This document shows, one piece after another, positions 20,429 through 31,684 of a DNA stretch of 64,000 bases. The notes below the pieces were generated by a model. The model ran no database searches and was not told where the DNA came from. It worked only from the letters and a program-made list of their open reading frames with translations. Source of the DNA: Candidatus Bathyarchaeota archaeon (GTDB lineage Archaea; Thermoproteota; Bathyarchaeia; Bathyarchaeales; Bathycorpusculaceae); the NCBI GenBank assembly GCA_963782525.1, contig CAWAKC010000001.1:256001-320000 (forward strand), given 5' to 3'. Each line of letters begins with the position of its first letter. Position 1 is the stretch's first letter. A program made the translations under genes and the position numbers.

Positions 20429-20988
20429 ACAACCATTTTTTCTTTTGAAGACCGTTGATAATAGCGATAAGCTAACATGTAAACCGAGATTAAAACCAGC
20501 AGTTCAGCAAACACGCTAAAAATATTCCCAGTTAATGCAAAGAAGTTGTTAGCCACATGAAGCACTACAGCAATCGAATAGAATGGCAATGGGTTTTTCT
20601 TAGCGATACCATAAGCAGTTATTCCAGCACTGGACGCATGAAAAACAATGCCTGGTATCCTGAAAATCGGAGGTACGCCAATGAGGAAAACATATTCAAA
20701 AAACTCGGCGATCCCAAAACCTAACCCCATTAAAATACCCAACGTTACAATTGATCGTTCAGTTTCGCCGTGTCTATAGAATAGAGGAAAGACTTTGGCA
20801 AGTTCCTCTATAAAGGGAGCCAAAACAACAATTAGAAAGCTTGCGGAAAGCCCCGCTGGAAACAGGGATTCGAAGAAGGCGGCAAATGGGATGCTAACCA
20901 AAATTCCGGAAGCAAAAAAGAACGCTAATTCCCTGTTGCTTGGTTTATGAATTGGAATAACACATTGGCGTACGGGCTGATTTTCCAT
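20425..20988 (-). CDS. PrsW-family intramembrane metalloprotease
   Basis: APFIEELAK, GLGFGIAE, FHA, LHVANN. Confidence 0.85.
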   Translation of the reverse strand: MENQPVRQCVIPIHKPSNRELAFFFASGILVSIPFAAFFESLFPAGLSASFLIVVLAPFIEELAKVFPLFYRHGETERSIVTLGILMGLGFGIAEFFEYVFLIGVPPIFRIPGIVFHASSAGITAYGIAKKNPLPFYSIAVVLHVANNFFALTGNIFSVFAELLVLISVYMLAYRYYQRSSKEKMVV

Positions 20989-21048
20989 AAAAGAAGCTTC
21001 CTACAAAATAATGAACAGTTACTTCCTTATCAGCGTTACCACGGCATG

Positions 21049-22422
21049 TTAGAAGCCCGCAGTTATCAAATCGGAAGGCTTCATTATTTCCCTTAGAATA
21101 ACAGTTGCATAGGAGCCACGAAGCAACATAAAACTCACTTTAGCCTGGGACCGTATACCAACTGTATTTGCCGAAACATTTTCCAGCTTAAAATCTTTGG
21201 CTGGTGTAATCGCAGTGCGCAAACCACCCTTTCCGCCTACCTTAGATAACTCGTTGAAGTGCAAGTTTTGCATTGAGATTCCTTCTTGTTCAAGGAGTTC
21301 TTTCTCAATTTGCCCAATGAAGCCATGCGAAAGTTTCTGTTTTACACCAAAAATTGGCAATGCAACACGTAACCGTCCAGCCTTAATTTGCGAGTTAACT
21401 TCAGAAAGACTCTCGGAGGTGACAATTTTGGCAACCGTAGTCAATGGCAATCCTGAACGTTCAACGGCCACAACATAATCTCCTTCTACTGCCTCGTTTA
21501 AGGGTAAACCGTGCTTGATGCGTCCGCTGAGGAAACGGTTAAACAAGTAGGACTGGTGAGCTTGAACAAAGAGCGCTTGAAGCTTAAGAGGCAGACGTTG
21601 GAAAGCCCCGACAAAATCACCGGGATTATCAACTATATAGTTGAGCATTATTCTTTCGAACCGGAGTTGTTTAGGAAAATTCTTTTGTGCCTGCTTAAAA
21701 TCTCCAGTTGACTGCAGATCTTGGCGTGCTTGCCTAGAAGCAGGATGCTCATAATCGCTTGGTTTTGCTAGAAAAAGCATTGCTGCCCCTTCAAAGTCGC
21801 CGTTGACAAGGGCTTTTCCTACTAAATGTGTTATTGGACGAGTTGTACCGAAGCGTTGGTGTCCAAAAAAGTTAGGTACACCCCCAATTTTGTTGAGTTC
21901 ATGAACGGTTTTGGCGATGTTTTCTTTGATAGTTGTTTCTGGGTCCTCGATGGATTTTACTGTTATTACAAAGTTGTTGCCTAAAAGATAGAACAGTGAG
22001 AGCATTTCTCGGACGTAACCGATAGGGCGAACTTGGAGGTCTTTAACCTCAATTTTCGCAGCTTCTTCAATCGAAACATTTTCTATTGTGATGTGTTGAG
22101 CGGTGACTGCTTTGGCGTCTTTGATTCCTGCAAACTGAACCCGTGCTTGGTCAATACCTAATGTCTTTGCGATATTTTTGGTGGCGATAAAGGTATCCCA
22201 GTTGCGCTTAACCAAAGTGCAGAGCAAAAACCGCTGCTTCTGGAGCGTTGAACCCAACACCTTCTTAGGCATTTCTCCAGCCACTGAGGCTTGGGAGCCA
22301 TCCACCAAAACTTCTTCAACCACAAAATCTTCGACTGATTCCCGGATGACGCCGCCTATGCCCGCAGTCTGGGTAGCGTAGACTTCGATTCCCAGCAACT
22401 TTTCAATTTCAGGAACAGACAA
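21049..22422 (-). CDS. truD: tRNA pseudouridine(13) synthase
   Basis: EDFVVEE, AGIKDAKAVTAQ, NFFGHQRFG, GSYATVILRE. Confidence 0.95.
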   Translation of the reverse strand: MSVPEIEKLLGIEVYATQTAGIGGVIRESVEDFVVEEVLVDGSQASVAGEMPKKVLGSTLQKQRFLLCTLVKRNWDTFIATKNIAKTLGIDQARVQFAGIKDAKAVTAQHITIENVSIEEAAKIEVKDLQVRPIGYVREMLSLFYLLGNNFVITVKSIEDPETTIKENIAKTVHELNKIGGVPNFFGHQRFGTTRPITHLVGKALVNGDFEGAAMLFLAKPSDYEHPASRQARQDLQSTGDFKQAQKNFPKQLRFERIMLNYIVDNPGDFVGAFQRLPLKLQALFVQAHQSYLFNRFLSGRIKHGLPLNEAVEGDYVVAVERSGLPLTTVAKIVTSESLSEVNSQIKAGRLRVALPIFGVKQKLSHGFIGQIEKELLEQEGISMQNLHFNELSKVGGKGGLRTAITPAKDFKLENVSANTVGIRSQAKVSFMLLRGSYATVILREIMKPSDLITAGF

Positions 22423-22430
22423 AAAATCGC

Positions 22431-22793
22431 CTAAAGCAACTTTAACTTGCCTGTAACGCGGTCAATCATAGCTGACGGCGCAGGACCAATCCCCAAACAC
22501 GTAACTGTGCCCTCAGGAACCTCAGTCAACCCCCTATCGATGATAAGCGCATGAGGCAACCCCAACTGGTCAGCAGCTTCCTCAACCTCGCCAAGTTCCT
22601 TCTCATTCGCAACCTTAACCGCCACCTTCTTTTGCCCCTCAAACATCCAGGCCTCCCACCACTTCTTATGGTGCGTGTAGGCATCTTGGGCGGAAGAAAC
22701 GGCTGCATGCCCTGCTTGGGCTGCAATCTTGCCCTTGCTCATCTGCAGGTCCGTTCGGAAAACGAGGACTTGCTTGTATTCGAATTCAACCAT
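22431..22793 (-). CDS. pth2: Peptidyl-tRNA hydrolase Pth2
   Basis: RTDLQMSKGKIAAQAGHA, GQKKV, DRGLTEV..GTVTCLGIGP. Confidence 0.95.
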   Translation of the reverse strand: MVEFEYKQVLVFRTDLQMSKGKIAAQAGHAAVSSAQDAYTHHKKWWEAWMFEGQKKVAVKVANEKELGEVEEAADQLGLPHALIIDRGLTEVPEGTVTCLGIGPAPSAMIDRVTGKLKLL

Positions 22794-22831
22794 TTTCGCG
22801 TATCCCGGCATCTAATTTGGTGTTGGAGATT

Positions 22832-24079
22832 TTAAGGGTTTGCAGACAAATAAAGCAACCCAAAGTAAGCCAATGCTGCCGCCATCGTTGGTTTTCTGAT
22901 TGCAGTCAGTAGCACTTTGCCTTGAAAATCAATTTCATCCACATCTTTTAAAGCTCTGTCCACACCCAATTTTCCGCAAACCCGCAACATCTCATCCAAC
23001 CGTTCGTCAGAAAGTGAGTTTAGAAAACGCCTAAAACGCAGCATGACAGAGAAATCGAAACTCAATTGGGCATTGCAGCGTTTCTGGTAATTCTTCAAAA
23101 AATTGGAGGAGACATCGCCCTGTTTAATAGCTTGGCTTGCAACTTCCGCTGCGACTTTACCACATGTTAACCCGAAGATTACTCCGCCTCCCGTGGTGGG
23201 TTTAACTTGGGAAGCGCAGTCGCCTACGGCAAGGAAGCCATCTGCGTATGACCTGTTGATTGGTCCGCCCAGCGTTATGGCGTGGTAGCCGATGCTTGTT
23301 ATCTTTGCTTTGCCGAGCTGTTTTGAAGCTACTGGATGTTTGGTCATGAGTCGTTTTAGGTAGTCTTGGGGGTTGCCTTTGTTTGTCGCTAAACCCACTT
23401 TTGCTGAGCCGTCGGTTCTTGGGATGAGCCAACCGTAAAAGCCCGGCGCGTAAGATTTGCCTAAATAAACTTCTACAGCGTTGTCTTCTACGTCCTGTAC
23501 ATCGTCCATTTCCGCTTCAACAGCGTAAACCAATCCGCTGGGATTAAGCACAGACACTCCTGCTTGCCTCACAAGCCTTGAGGAAACGCCTTCAGCATCC
23601 ACCACGATTTTGCTTTGAATTTTCTCTTCAACACCTGCACTTTGGGTTAAAACGCCTTTAACTACGCCCTCCTTTATTAGCAAAGATTGAGCCCTCGACC
23701 CTAAAACATAGCTTGCTCCCGCAATCTGAGCTTTTTTAGCCAAGTACTGGTCAAATCGTCCTCGATTCAAGGCTGTTGTGACCGGACAAGAAAGCTTTAG
23801 CGAGAACTTTGTTCCAGCAGGCGAGTAAAAGTTAGCGGCGCAAAACTTGTTCTCGACGATGCCGTCTGGAAGCGGATAAAGACCGATGTTTCTGAGGCTT
23901 CGTATGCTAATGTGCCCAGCGCAGTGCACGGGATAACCAATGGATGTGTGCTCTTCGAAAACTGTTACTTTCGCTCCGAGATTTGCCAGGTGCTGGGCAA
24001 CAAAACAACCAACTGGTCCACCACCAACCACAATAACGTCTGATGAGTTGGTTGAAAGTTGCAACTTGGGCGCCAGCAT
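22832..24079 (-). CDS. Geranylgeranyl reductase family flavoprotein
   Basis: VVGGGPVG, PVHCAG, R..FDQYL, YGWLIP, VGDCASQVKPTTGGG. Confidence 0.88.
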   Translation of the reverse strand: MLAPKLQLSTNSSDVIVVGGGPVGCFVAQHLANLGAKVTVFEEHTSIGYPVHCAGHISIRSLRNIGLYPLPDGIVENKFCAANFYSPAGTKFSLKLSCPVTTALNRGRFDQYLAKKAQIAGASYVLGSRAQSLLIKEGVVKGVLTQSAGVEEKIQSKIVVDAEGVSSRLVRQAGVSVLNPSGLVYAVEAEMDDVQDVEDNAVEVYLGKSYAPGFYGWLIPRTDGSAKVGLATNKGNPQDYLKRLMTKHPVASKQLGKAKITSIGYHAITLGGPINRSYADGFLAVGDCASQVKPTTGGGVIFGLTCGKVAAEVASQAIKQGDVSSNFLKNYQKRCNAQLSFDFSVMLRFRRFLNSLSDERLDEMLRVCGKLGVDRALKDVDEIDFQGKVLLTAIRKPTMAAALAYFGLLYLSANP

Positions 24080-24230
24080 AATTATGCTATAAAACTAAAT
24101 CGTATTTAAGCCAGCAGGTAAGAAACAAAAGCGATTTTGAAAAGATACCTAAGAGGGCAAGTCAGTAATGACTGAAACAGCGAAAATTAAATGCTAAAAA
24201 AATGTAAAAAAAGAAAGAAGAAATGCAGGA

Positions 24231-24467
24231 TTAGCGTTGCTGAACTAATTCAATTCTGCGTTTACCACGGGACATGGAGGAAGTGCGGATTTTGCCGCTT
24301 ACCTCAAGTTTCAGAAGCAATTCGTTGAAATCTTTGAACCCTAAATCTTCATACTCATCTTTTAGGTGGTCAAAGAGATCATCGTCTGTTAAATCGCCTT
24401 TCTTTGTTAGAACTTCCAGTAGATAGAAGTAGGCGGGGCGTGTTTTCCAAGTTTTCATCTGTGGCAT
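24231..24467 (-). CDS. Small winged-helix protein downstream of cdc48
   Basis: LLEVL.KKG.LTDDDL...LLKLEVSGKI; likely ATG at 24467. Confidence 0.65.
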   Translation of the reverse strand: MPQMKTWKTRPAYFYLLEVLTKKGDLTDDDLFDHLKDEYEDLGFKDFNELLLKLEVSGKIRTSSMSRGKRRIELVQQR

Positions 24468-24480
24468 AGGTGTTCCTTCT

Positions 24481-26652
24481 TTACGCAACTGGCGTTGCTG
24501 GCTTTTGTACTTGTCGGATTTGTTGCATGAAGCTCTTGTACCATTTTTCCATGTCAGGAGTAATCGATGGACCCATCTCTTTTAGGGCATCCAGAAAGTC
24601 CTTCATTGTGACTTCGGTTGCGTTTACGTTCTTTCGCAGTGAATGCATTGCAGCTTCTCGGCACAAGGATTCTAAGTCAGCGCCAGAATAGTACTTAGTT
24701 GCAATTGTAATCTGGTTCAAGTCTACATCTTTGCTAATAGGCATGCCTTTGGTGTAGATTTTGAGGATTTGCAAACGGCTTTTCTCATCAGGTTCAGGCA
24801 CATAGATTAAACGGTCAAAGCGTCCAGGACGCAGAACTGCGGAATCAACCATGTCGGGACGGTTAGTGGCAGCGATGATTACGATATCTTGCAATGTGGT
24901 TATTCCATCCATCTCTGTCAGAAGCTGGCTTATGACGCGTTCTGAAACGCCGCTGTCCGACATGCCCATTCCTCGTTTTGGTGTGAGTGAGTCGATTTCG
25001 TCGAGGAATACTACGGCGGGTGCTGCCATGCGGGCTTTACGGAAGACTTCGCGGATTGCTTTTTCTGATTCGCCAACCCATTTGCTGAACACCTCAGGTC
25101 CCTTGATGGATATGAAGTTAGCTTCACTCTCTGTTGCCACCGCGCGTGCGAGCAAGGTTTTTCCACAACCTGGTGGACCATATAGCAAGATGCCTTTGGG
25201 TGGTCGTATTCCGAGTTTGGTGAATATTTCAGGAGTCTTTATCGGCCACTCAACTGCTTCAATGAGGTGCTGTTTTACGTCATCAAGTCCTCCTGCATCG
25301 TCCCAGTGGACTGTGGTGACTTCAATGTAGACTTCTCTCATTGCAGTAGGAGTAACTTCTTTGTACGCACCAAGGAAATCATCCATCCTAACTTCCATCT
25401 TTTCCAAAACGGCTGGTGGAATGCGTTCTTCTTCAAGGTTAATCTGCGGCAGGTATCTTCGGAGCGCTTTCATAGCGGTTTCTCTGCCAAGCGCAGATAA
25501 GTCGGCGCCTGTGTAGCCATGAGTCATCGCTGATAGTTTCGGTAAGTCAACATCCTCAGCAAGGGGCATACCACGTGTGTGAATTTGGAGAACTTCGTAG
25601 CGTCCTTTCTTGTCTGGAACACCGATTTCTATTTCGCGGTCAAAACGTCCGGGTCTACGCAAGGCTGGGTCAAGTGCGCCTGGTCGGTTAGTTGCGCCTA
25701 TAACTATGACGTTTCCTCTTCCAGATAACCCGTCCATCAATGCAAGAAGCTGAGCGACAACGCGTCTTTCCACTTCGCCAGTGACTTCTTCGCGTTTTGG
25801 CGCAATTGCATCGAGTTCATCGACGAAGATTATGCTTGGAGCGTTCTGTTGAGCTTGCTGGAAAATCTCGCGTAAGCGCGCTTCTGATTCTCCGTAGAAT
25901 TTACTCATGATTTCGGGTCCGTTTATAGAGTAGAAGTTGGCTTCCGACTCGTTAGCAACTGCGCGTGCAAGAAGAGTTTTCCCGCAGCCTGGCGGACCAT
26001 GCAACAGGACGCCTTTGGGTGGTTCAATGCCTAAGCGTTGGAAAAGTTCAGGGTGACGAAGTGGCAACTCCACCATTTCGCGTACGCGTTGGATTTCTTC
26101 TTGGAGTCCTCCGATGTCTTCGTAGTTTGTTCTGGGTAAGCCTTTGCCTTCGGGCGCTGGCTCGTTTAATATAGTCAACCGGGTTTCAGCGGTTACTTTT
26201 ATGATACCGTGTGGACGAGTTTTTGAAACTGTGAATGGTATGGCGTGTCCTAGCATCATGACTAGAGTTGTATCGCCTTCGACTAGGGTACGTTCCATAA
26301 GTCGGTTTTTAACGAAATTCGTGAAGTCTTCATCCACGTTTAGGCGCATATCCACTGGCGCAAGAGTTATGGATAGGGCGGTTTTGACTTTAGCGGGTCT
26401 TATAACAACATATTCGTTTATGGCTACTCCGCTGTTTTTGCGTGTGAACCCGTCGATGCGGATTATGTCGCGGTTCTGGTCTTCGCTGTAGGCTGGCCAA
26501 GCGATGGCGCTGGTTGTGCGTTTATTGACGATTTCAATTACGTCTCCTGCGCTAATGCCCAGTTTCTGCATTGTTCGCTGATCGATTCTGGCTATTCCTC
26601 TGCCGACATCTCTTTGCCGTGCGTCTCCAACGCGAAGTTGTACTTCACTCAT
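24481..26652 (-). CDS. cdc48: CDC48/VCP family AAA+ ATPase
   Basis: N-domain [11 protein letters not shown]; two AAA modules (GPPGCGKT twice, DELD/DEID, RPGRFDR); ATG at 26652. Confidence 0.97.
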   Translation of the reverse strand: MSEVQLRVGDARQRDVGRGIARIDQRTMQKLGISAGDVIEIVNKRTTSAIAWPAYSEDQNRDIIRIDGFTRKNSGVAINEYVVIRPAKVKTALSITLAPVDMRLNVDEDFTNFVKNRLMERTLVEGDTTLVMMLGHAIPFTVSKTRPHGIIKVTAETRLTILNEPAPEGKGLPRTNYEDIGGLQEEIQRVREMVELPLRHPELFQRLGIEPPKGVLLHGPPGCGKTLLARAVANESEANFYSINGPEIMSKFYGESEARLREIFQQAQQNAPSIIFVDELDAIAPKREEVTGEVERRVVAQLLALMDGLSGRGNVIVIGATNRPGALDPALRRPGRFDREIEIGVPDKKGRYEVLQIHTRGMPLAEDVDLPKLSAMTHGYTGADLSALGRETAMKALRRYLPQINLEEERIPPAVLEKMEVRMDDFLGAYKEVTPTAMREVYIEVTTVHWDDAGGLDDVKQHLIEAVEWPIKTPEIFTKLGIRPPKGILLYGPPGCGKTLLARAVATESEANFISIKGPEVFSKWVGESEKAIREVFRKARMAAPAVVFLDEIDSLTPKRGMGMSDSGVSERVISQLLTEMDGITTLQDIVIIAATNRPDMVDSAVLRPGRFDRLIYVPEPDEKSRLQILKIYTKGMPISKDVDLNQITIATKYYSGADLESLCREAAMHSLRKNVNATEVTMKDFLDALKEMGPSITPDMEKWYKSFMQQIRQVQKPATPVA

Positions 26653-26802
26653 GGTAAAATTTCTCCTAAATAATCCTGACTTGCTACTTTTGGGATGTGT
26701 GTTTGAAAAAGCATCCATCCCTATATAAACTTTAAAGCGTAATCGCGAATACTCTCAAGAACATATTAATGGGAAGAAACAAAGAAAATTGAGGTTTAAT
26801 TG

Positions 26803-27081
26803 TTAATCGCGGCTTGTTCTGCGTATCTGAAATGTTTGTGCTTGGCTTACACCGGGGATTTTTGCGAGTTTTTCTTCGAATTCATCAACTAACCCGGATT
26901 TGTCTTCTGGATACCTTATTTGAACAAGGAGAGCTACGAGGCCAAAAGCTACTGGTTCTTCGCCATATCCTTCTATTTTGGCGAATTCAGGAAGAACTGC
27001 TTTGATCTTTTCTTTTAAGTCATCAAAACTTGGAACAATGTCTTCAGGAAAAACCTTGTAAGTTACAAGAACAGCGCCCAT
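26803..27081 (-). CDS. ef1b: Translation elongation factor 1-beta
   Basis: KVFPED, EEPVAFGLVAL. Confidence 0.92.
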   Translation of the reverse strand: MGAVLVTYKVFPEDIVPSFDDLKEKIKAVLPEFAKIEGYGEEPVAFGLVALLVQIRYPEDKSGLVDEFEEKLAKIPGVSQAQTFQIRRTSRD

Positions 27082-27093
27082 GCGTTTCGCCTT

Positions 27094-27273
27094 TTATGGT
27101 CCAGAGAACCCGCATTTGGGGCATTTGTAAAGGCGACCGAATTTGCGGCATTTGCCATCTCGTTTAATCTGGATTTCTCCGCACTGTGGACACAGGAACT
27201 TTGTGGATTCGCTTCCTGGTGGGATTGGTTTTCCGCAACTTGTGCAAGTAACTAAAGCCAACTTTTCTGACAT
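27094..27273 (-). CDS. Small double zinc-finger protein (DUF1610/HVO_2753-like, 59 aa)
   Basis: Read manually: MSEKLALVTCTSCGKPIPPGSESTKFLCPQCGEIQIKRDGKCRKFGRLYKCPKCGFSGP*; conserved position upstream of EF-1beta. Confidence 0.88.
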   Translation of the reverse strand: MSEKLALVTCTSCGKPIPPGSESTKFLCPQCGEIQIKRDGKCRKFGRLYKCPKCGFSGP

Positions 27274-27547
27274 AACCGTAACACTTCTTTGCCGTTCATA
27301 TTGTTAGGGTTCCTTATATCTGCTATGCTCAAGAAAAATGTTTTAGGCAGTTAATCAGTTTGTTTTTGACTGAAAAAACCCAAAACTTCTTACTTATTGA
27401 GAGATTTCAACAATTGGGCTATTTAATCCTCAATGTGTTTGGAAAAAGCCGAGGTGAGTTTTATATTTAAAGGCAGGTAAAAGTTGGGTGGTGTTAGGAA
27501 GATTTATTTTTTGGACTATCAAGTGTTCTGGTTACAGGTAACATACT

Positions 27548-28786
27548 TTGGCGCACATTAAAGTCACAAAGCGTGCAAGCAACATTGAGTATGCTATACG
27601 CGACGTCATAGTTCATACTCAGGAGCTAATTAAGAGCGGCAAAAAAATCTATTACTTAAACATCGGTGACCCTGCTGCCTTCGACTTCAAAACGCCGCAG
27701 TATGTGAAGGATGCATTGTGCGCGGCAATCGACCATGACGACAACTACTATTCTGTTTCGGAAGGCAGACCTGAACTTCGTGAAGCTATTGTGCGTAAAG
27801 AAAAACGGGTCAATGATGTGGACATATCTTCTGACAAAGTGATAATCACTGAGGGTATTTCGGAGGGTATTCAGATGGTATTGGCGGCGCTGGTTGAGAG
27901 GGGAGACGAAATTCTCTTTCCAGGACCAACCTATCCACCCTACATTTCCTACACTAAATTCTTTGACGGTACCCCAGTTTCCTACGAAACCATCGAAGAG
28001 GAAGGCTGGGTTCCAAACATCGATGATTTACGTAGCAAAATCTCTTCGAAAACCCGAGCTATCGTGATAACAAACCCCAATAACCCCACAGGCAGCGTTT
28101 ACAGCGAAAAATGCATTAAAGAGATGCTCGACATCGCCGGTGAACACAACTTACCAGTGCTAAGCGACGAGATTTATGACCAGTTAACCTACGAGAAACC
28201 ATTCGTCAGCACCGCACACTTATCCAAAGATGTGCCCGTGGTTGGGCTAAACGGGTTCTCCAAGGTCTATCAGATGACTGGTTGGCGACTGGGGTACATG
28301 TACTTTAAGGGTGAAGGCAAGCAACTTGATGCGCTCCGCTTGGGTGTAGAGAAGCAATGCCGCATCCGTCTCTGCGCTAACACACCCGTCCAAATTGCTG
28401 GTGCAGCCGCACTCAACGGTCCTCAAGACTTCGTCAAAGGCATCGTTGACAGGCTAAGAGAACGCCGCGATTACGCGTTCAAACGCTTAAACGAGATCGA
28501 AGGCATAACCACCACTAAACCCGAAGGCGCCTTCTACATATTCCCTAAAATCGAGGGCATCGGCCAACTATGGAAAAACGACATGGAATTCGTGGTGGAC
28601 CTGCTCAAACAAACTGGCGTTTTAATCGTGAATGGTTCAGGATTCGACCCCGTCTACGGCAAAGATCATGTCAGAATCGTTTTTCTGCCACCCTGCGAAG
28701 AACTCGAAGAAGCATTCAACAGCTTAGAACAGTTCATGAAGAAGAAACAAAAGAAGGAAAGCCGTGGCCACGTAGGCTATGGTTAA
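27548..28786 (+). CDS. PLP-dependent class I/II aminotransferase (alanine aminotransferase-like)
   Basis: IEYAIRD, LNIGDP, NPNNPTG, SDEIY, GFSKVYQMTGWRLG. Confidence 0.9.
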   Translation: MAHIKVTKRASNIEYAIRDVIVHTQELIKSGKKIYYLNIGDPAAFDFKTPQYVKDALCAAIDHDDNYYSVSEGRPELREAIVRKEKRVNDVDISSDKVIITEGISEGIQMVLAALVERGDEILFPGPTYPPYISYTKFFDGTPVSYETIEEEGWVPNIDDLRSKISSKTRAIVITNPNNPTGSVYSEKCIKEMLDIAGEHNLPVLSDEIYDQLTYEKPFVSTAHLSKDVPVVGLNGFSKVYQMTGWRLGYMYFKGEGKQLDALRLGVEKQCRIRLCANTPVQIAGAAALNGPQDFVKGIVDRLRERRDYAFKRLNEIEGITTTKPEGAFYIFPKIEGIGQLWKNDMEFVVDLLKQTGVLIVNGSGFDPVYGKDHVRIVFLPPCEELEEAFNSLEQFMKKKQKKESRGHVGYG

Positions 28787-28789
28787 AAT

Positions 28790-29674
28790 CTAGATTTTTG
28801 TGCCGTTTTTTGGATTCTCGATTACTTTCTGGAACTCAGCCATCAACTTCTTAGTGAGTAGCCCAGGTTTGCCGTCGCCGATTGTTCGTTTGTTGACTTC
28901 GCGGATGGGCACCATTTCCATGGCAGTGCCTGTGAAGAAGGCTTCGTCAGCAGTGAAAAGCATGAATGGTGTCAAATTAGTAATGATAAGGTCTATTCCA
29001 AGTTTTCCACACAGTTCAGCAACAACGTCTGCGGTTATGCCTGCAAGAGCTCCTGTGGATGTCGGCGGTGTAAAAATTTCTCCGTTTTTGACAATGAAGA
29101 TGTTTTCGCCGACGCCTTCAGCTATGCAGCCGCTTGCTTCTAAACAGATGGCTTCGTCCACACCGTTTGCGTTGGCTTCAATTTTTGCGAGTACGCTGTT
29201 TAGGTAGTTGAGCGATTTTATCTCGTGTGTGGTTGCATCCACGGGGTTTCTGCGAACCCAGCTGAACATGGTGGTTATGCCGACTTCTTTGGCGTTGCCT
29301 GCTTTGATGTTGATTGTGTCTGTAATGATTATGATTGTGGGCTTGGGGCATTTGCGCGGATCCAGACCTAAGTCGCCGAGTCCTCTCGAGACGATTAAGC
29401 GGATGTAAGAGTCCTTCATCTTGTTTTTGCGCAGGGTTTCAGCAACAGCTTTCGTCATTTCTTCTTTAGTTAGCGGTATTTGGAGCATTATGGCGTGTGC
29501 ACTGCGGTAGAGGCGGTCAATGTGCTCCTTTAGCTTGAAGACAACCCCGTTGTATTCTCGGATGCCTTCAAAGACTCCGTCGCCATAGAGGAATCCGTGG
29601 TCGTAGACGGAGATTTTAGCCTGTGATTTAGGGTAGAATTCGCCGTCTATGTATACTTGAAGTTCATTGGTCAT
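28790..29674 (-). CDS. ilvE: Branched-chain amino acid aminotransferase
   Basis: HGFLYGDGVFEGIR, YIRLIVSRG, KSLNY, EGVGENIF, GIT, FFTGTA. Confidence 0.95.
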   Translation of the reverse strand: MTNELQVYIDGEFYPKSQAKISVYDHGFLYGDGVFEGIREYNGVVFKLKEHIDRLYRSAHAIMLQIPLTKEEMTKAVAETLRKNKMKDSYIRLIVSRGLGDLGLDPRKCPKPTIIIITDTINIKAGNAKEVGITTMFSWVRRNPVDATTHEIKSLNYLNSVLAKIEANANGVDEAICLEASGCIAEGVGENIFIVKNGEIFTPPTSTGALAGITADVVAELCGKLGIDLIITNLTPFMLFTADEAFFTGTAMEMVPIREVNKRTIGDGKPGLLTKKLMAEFQKVIENPKNGTKI

Positions 29675-29767
29675 TTGTTTTCCACTTCTTGGGTGACTGT
29701 TTCATATTGTCCAATTGTTTGATATAGTTTACGTCAGCGATACATGCGATTCATTTGTTGCGGTTTA

Positions 29768-31672
29768 TTAACCGTGGAATTGTGGGCGCTTCGAGAGGTA
29801 CATGGGTAAGGGCAGGGGCTTGTAGGGTTTTCCAGCGATTTTCTCAGACACCTTCGCAATCAACTGCTCAGTTGTCATGTTTTGCTGTTGACCTTTGAGT
29901 TCGCGTTCACGTACTGAGAGCATTCCTGATTCGATTTCTTTGTCGCCAACAACGATGATGTAGGGTACCCATTCCTGTTCAGCTTCACGGATTTTCTTCT
30001 GCAAAGTCGAGGCTGAATCGTCGATATCTACTCGGATGCAGTGAGCACTAATTTGTTTGGCAAGCTCGTCCATCTTGTCGAGGAATTTATCTGAAATTGG
30101 AATCAGCCGCACTTGGGTTGGTGAGAGCCAAATAGGAAGCATCGGAGCTTTGCCCGCCATCTGTTCACGGTAAGCCTTCTCCAACAACGCATAGATGTCT
30201 CGCTCGATGGCACCGCTGGGGCTGCAGTGCAGAATTAACGGATACTGCTTCTCCCCCTTCTCGTCCACGAAAGTTATTTCGTAGCGTTTGGCATTTTCGA
30301 CGTCGATTTGGTCGGTGCTAAGGGCTGCGGCTTTATCTTGGTTATCGATGAAGTTGAGGTCCCATTTCAAAACAAAATAGAAGAATCGTTCGTTCCAAAC
30401 TTCTGCCAAGATGGGTTTGCCAAAAGCCGTTGCCAATTCGGCTATGAAATCTTTGTGTTCTGCATAGAAATCTTTGGTAAAGCGCATCGCAATCTCGTAA
30501 TCGTCCTTTACTAAGCCTATGTTGCTTAAGACGTCGATGCAGAGGTTGAATCGGATCATGAATTCTTTTTTGGCTTGTTCAAGGTCGGTGCAGAGTGCAT
30601 GGCAGTCAGGCATTGTGAAAGCGCGTAGCCGTTTTAAGCCGACAACTTCGCCGCTTTTTTCTCGGCGGAAACTGTAGCGGGTGAGTTCGTAAAGTTTTAT
30701 GGGCATTTGTTTGTAGCTGAATTGTGCGTCGTGTGCCATAAGGAATTGGCCAAAGCATGCTGCGAACCGTAGGAAAAGCTCCTTGTCTTCGGATTTGAGG
30801 ACGTATTGGCGTGCTGGAAAACGGTTGAGGTAGCTTTTGAGGCTGGGGTGGTTGAAGTCGTACATGATTGGGGTTTCGACTTCCATACCGCCGTAAGCTG
30901 CAACCTTTGCTGAGACGTATTGTTCGAGAAGCGATTTTATCATGCGTCCCTTTGGGTACCAACGGATGTTGCCTGGGTCACTGCCTGGCTCGTAATCGGC
31001 GATTTCTAGACGCTTCATGAGTGGCACGTGTGGGGGCATCACTGTGACCGCACGGGTTTTTTTTATTTCGTAATTGGAGAATTTCTGAAGGTTAGTATGT
31101 CCCTTGAACTTGAATTCTTCAATAGGCACTAGTGAGCCGTCGGTTTGGAGAATGTGCCAGTAGGATTTCATCGTGTCTTCGGCTTTGAGGGCTGCGGAGA
31201 CAGGTTCTTCCTCTTTTTTGCCTTCGCAGGGAACTGCCACTTCAGTCGAAGCGGTAACTGGTGCTGGGGAGTAGCTGCGTGCTTGCTCAGCTAAAGGATG
31301 ACCTTTGATGGATATTGTGAATTGCTTGTTCCAGCCAAACGGGGCACGGTAGGTTTCGATACCCTTCTCTTTTGCGTAAACTTCCATGTCCTTGATAATT
31401 GCCAACGCTTGACTTGGCTGGGATAGATTGCTGCTGAGGTGCGCGAATGGATAGATAAGGATGCGGTTTACTTTGAGTTTACCCAAGAATGCCCGAACGT
31501 CGTTGATGGCTTTTTGTGCCATTGCAGAGGTGTCGCCTTCTTCTATTGCGGTGAATAAAACCACGACTTCTTCAACGCGGTTCTCAACTTTCTCCGCTTC
31601 TTCGGCTATGTTGATTTCTTTTTCGACAGGTTTGAAAACTATAAAGTTAGAGTGTAACTGCAAAATCCTCAT
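29768..31672 (-). CDS. thrS: Threonine--tRNA ligase, archaeal type with N-terminal editing domain
   Basis: YPFAHLS, APFGW.K, KGHPLAE, LRFAACFG, RAFTMPD.H, LHCSPSGAIER. Confidence 0.96.
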   Translation of the reverse strand: MRILQLHSNFIVFKPVEKEINIAEEAEKVENRVEEVVVLFTAIEEGDTSAMAQKAINDVRAFLGKLKVNRILIYPFAHLSSNLSQPSQALAIIKDMEVYAKEKGIETYRAPFGWNKQFTISIKGHPLAEQARSYSPAPVTASTEVAVPCEGKKEEEPVSAALKAEDTMKSYWHILQTDGSLVPIEEFKFKGHTNLQKFSNYEIKKTRAVTVMPPHVPLMKRLEIADYEPGSDPGNIRWYPKGRMIKSLLEQYVSAKVAAYGGMEVETPIMYDFNHPSLKSYLNRFPARQYVLKSEDKELFLRFAACFGQFLMAHDAQFSYKQMPIKLYELTRYSFRREKSGEVVGLKRLRAFTMPDCHALCTDLEQAKKEFMIRFNLCIDVLSNIGLVKDDYEIAMRFTKDFYAEHKDFIAELATAFGKPILAEVWNERFFYFVLKWDLNFIDNQDKAAALSTDQIDVENAKRYEITFVDEKGEKQYPLILHCSPSGAIERDIYALLEKAYREQMAGKAPMLPIWLSPTQVRLIPISDKFLDKMDELAKQISAHCIRVDIDDSASTLQKKIREAEQEWVPYIIVVGDKEIESGMLSVRERELKGQQQNMTTEQLIAKVSEKIAGKPYKPLPLPMYLSKRPQFHG

Positions 31673-31684
31673 ATTAATTTCCTC

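Noticed and set aside
31200-31280. Pro/Thr/Glu-rich insertion in ThrRS considered as an intein or extra domain
   Set aside because: Only about 25 aa, at the variable linker between editing and catalytic domains, with no intein motifs
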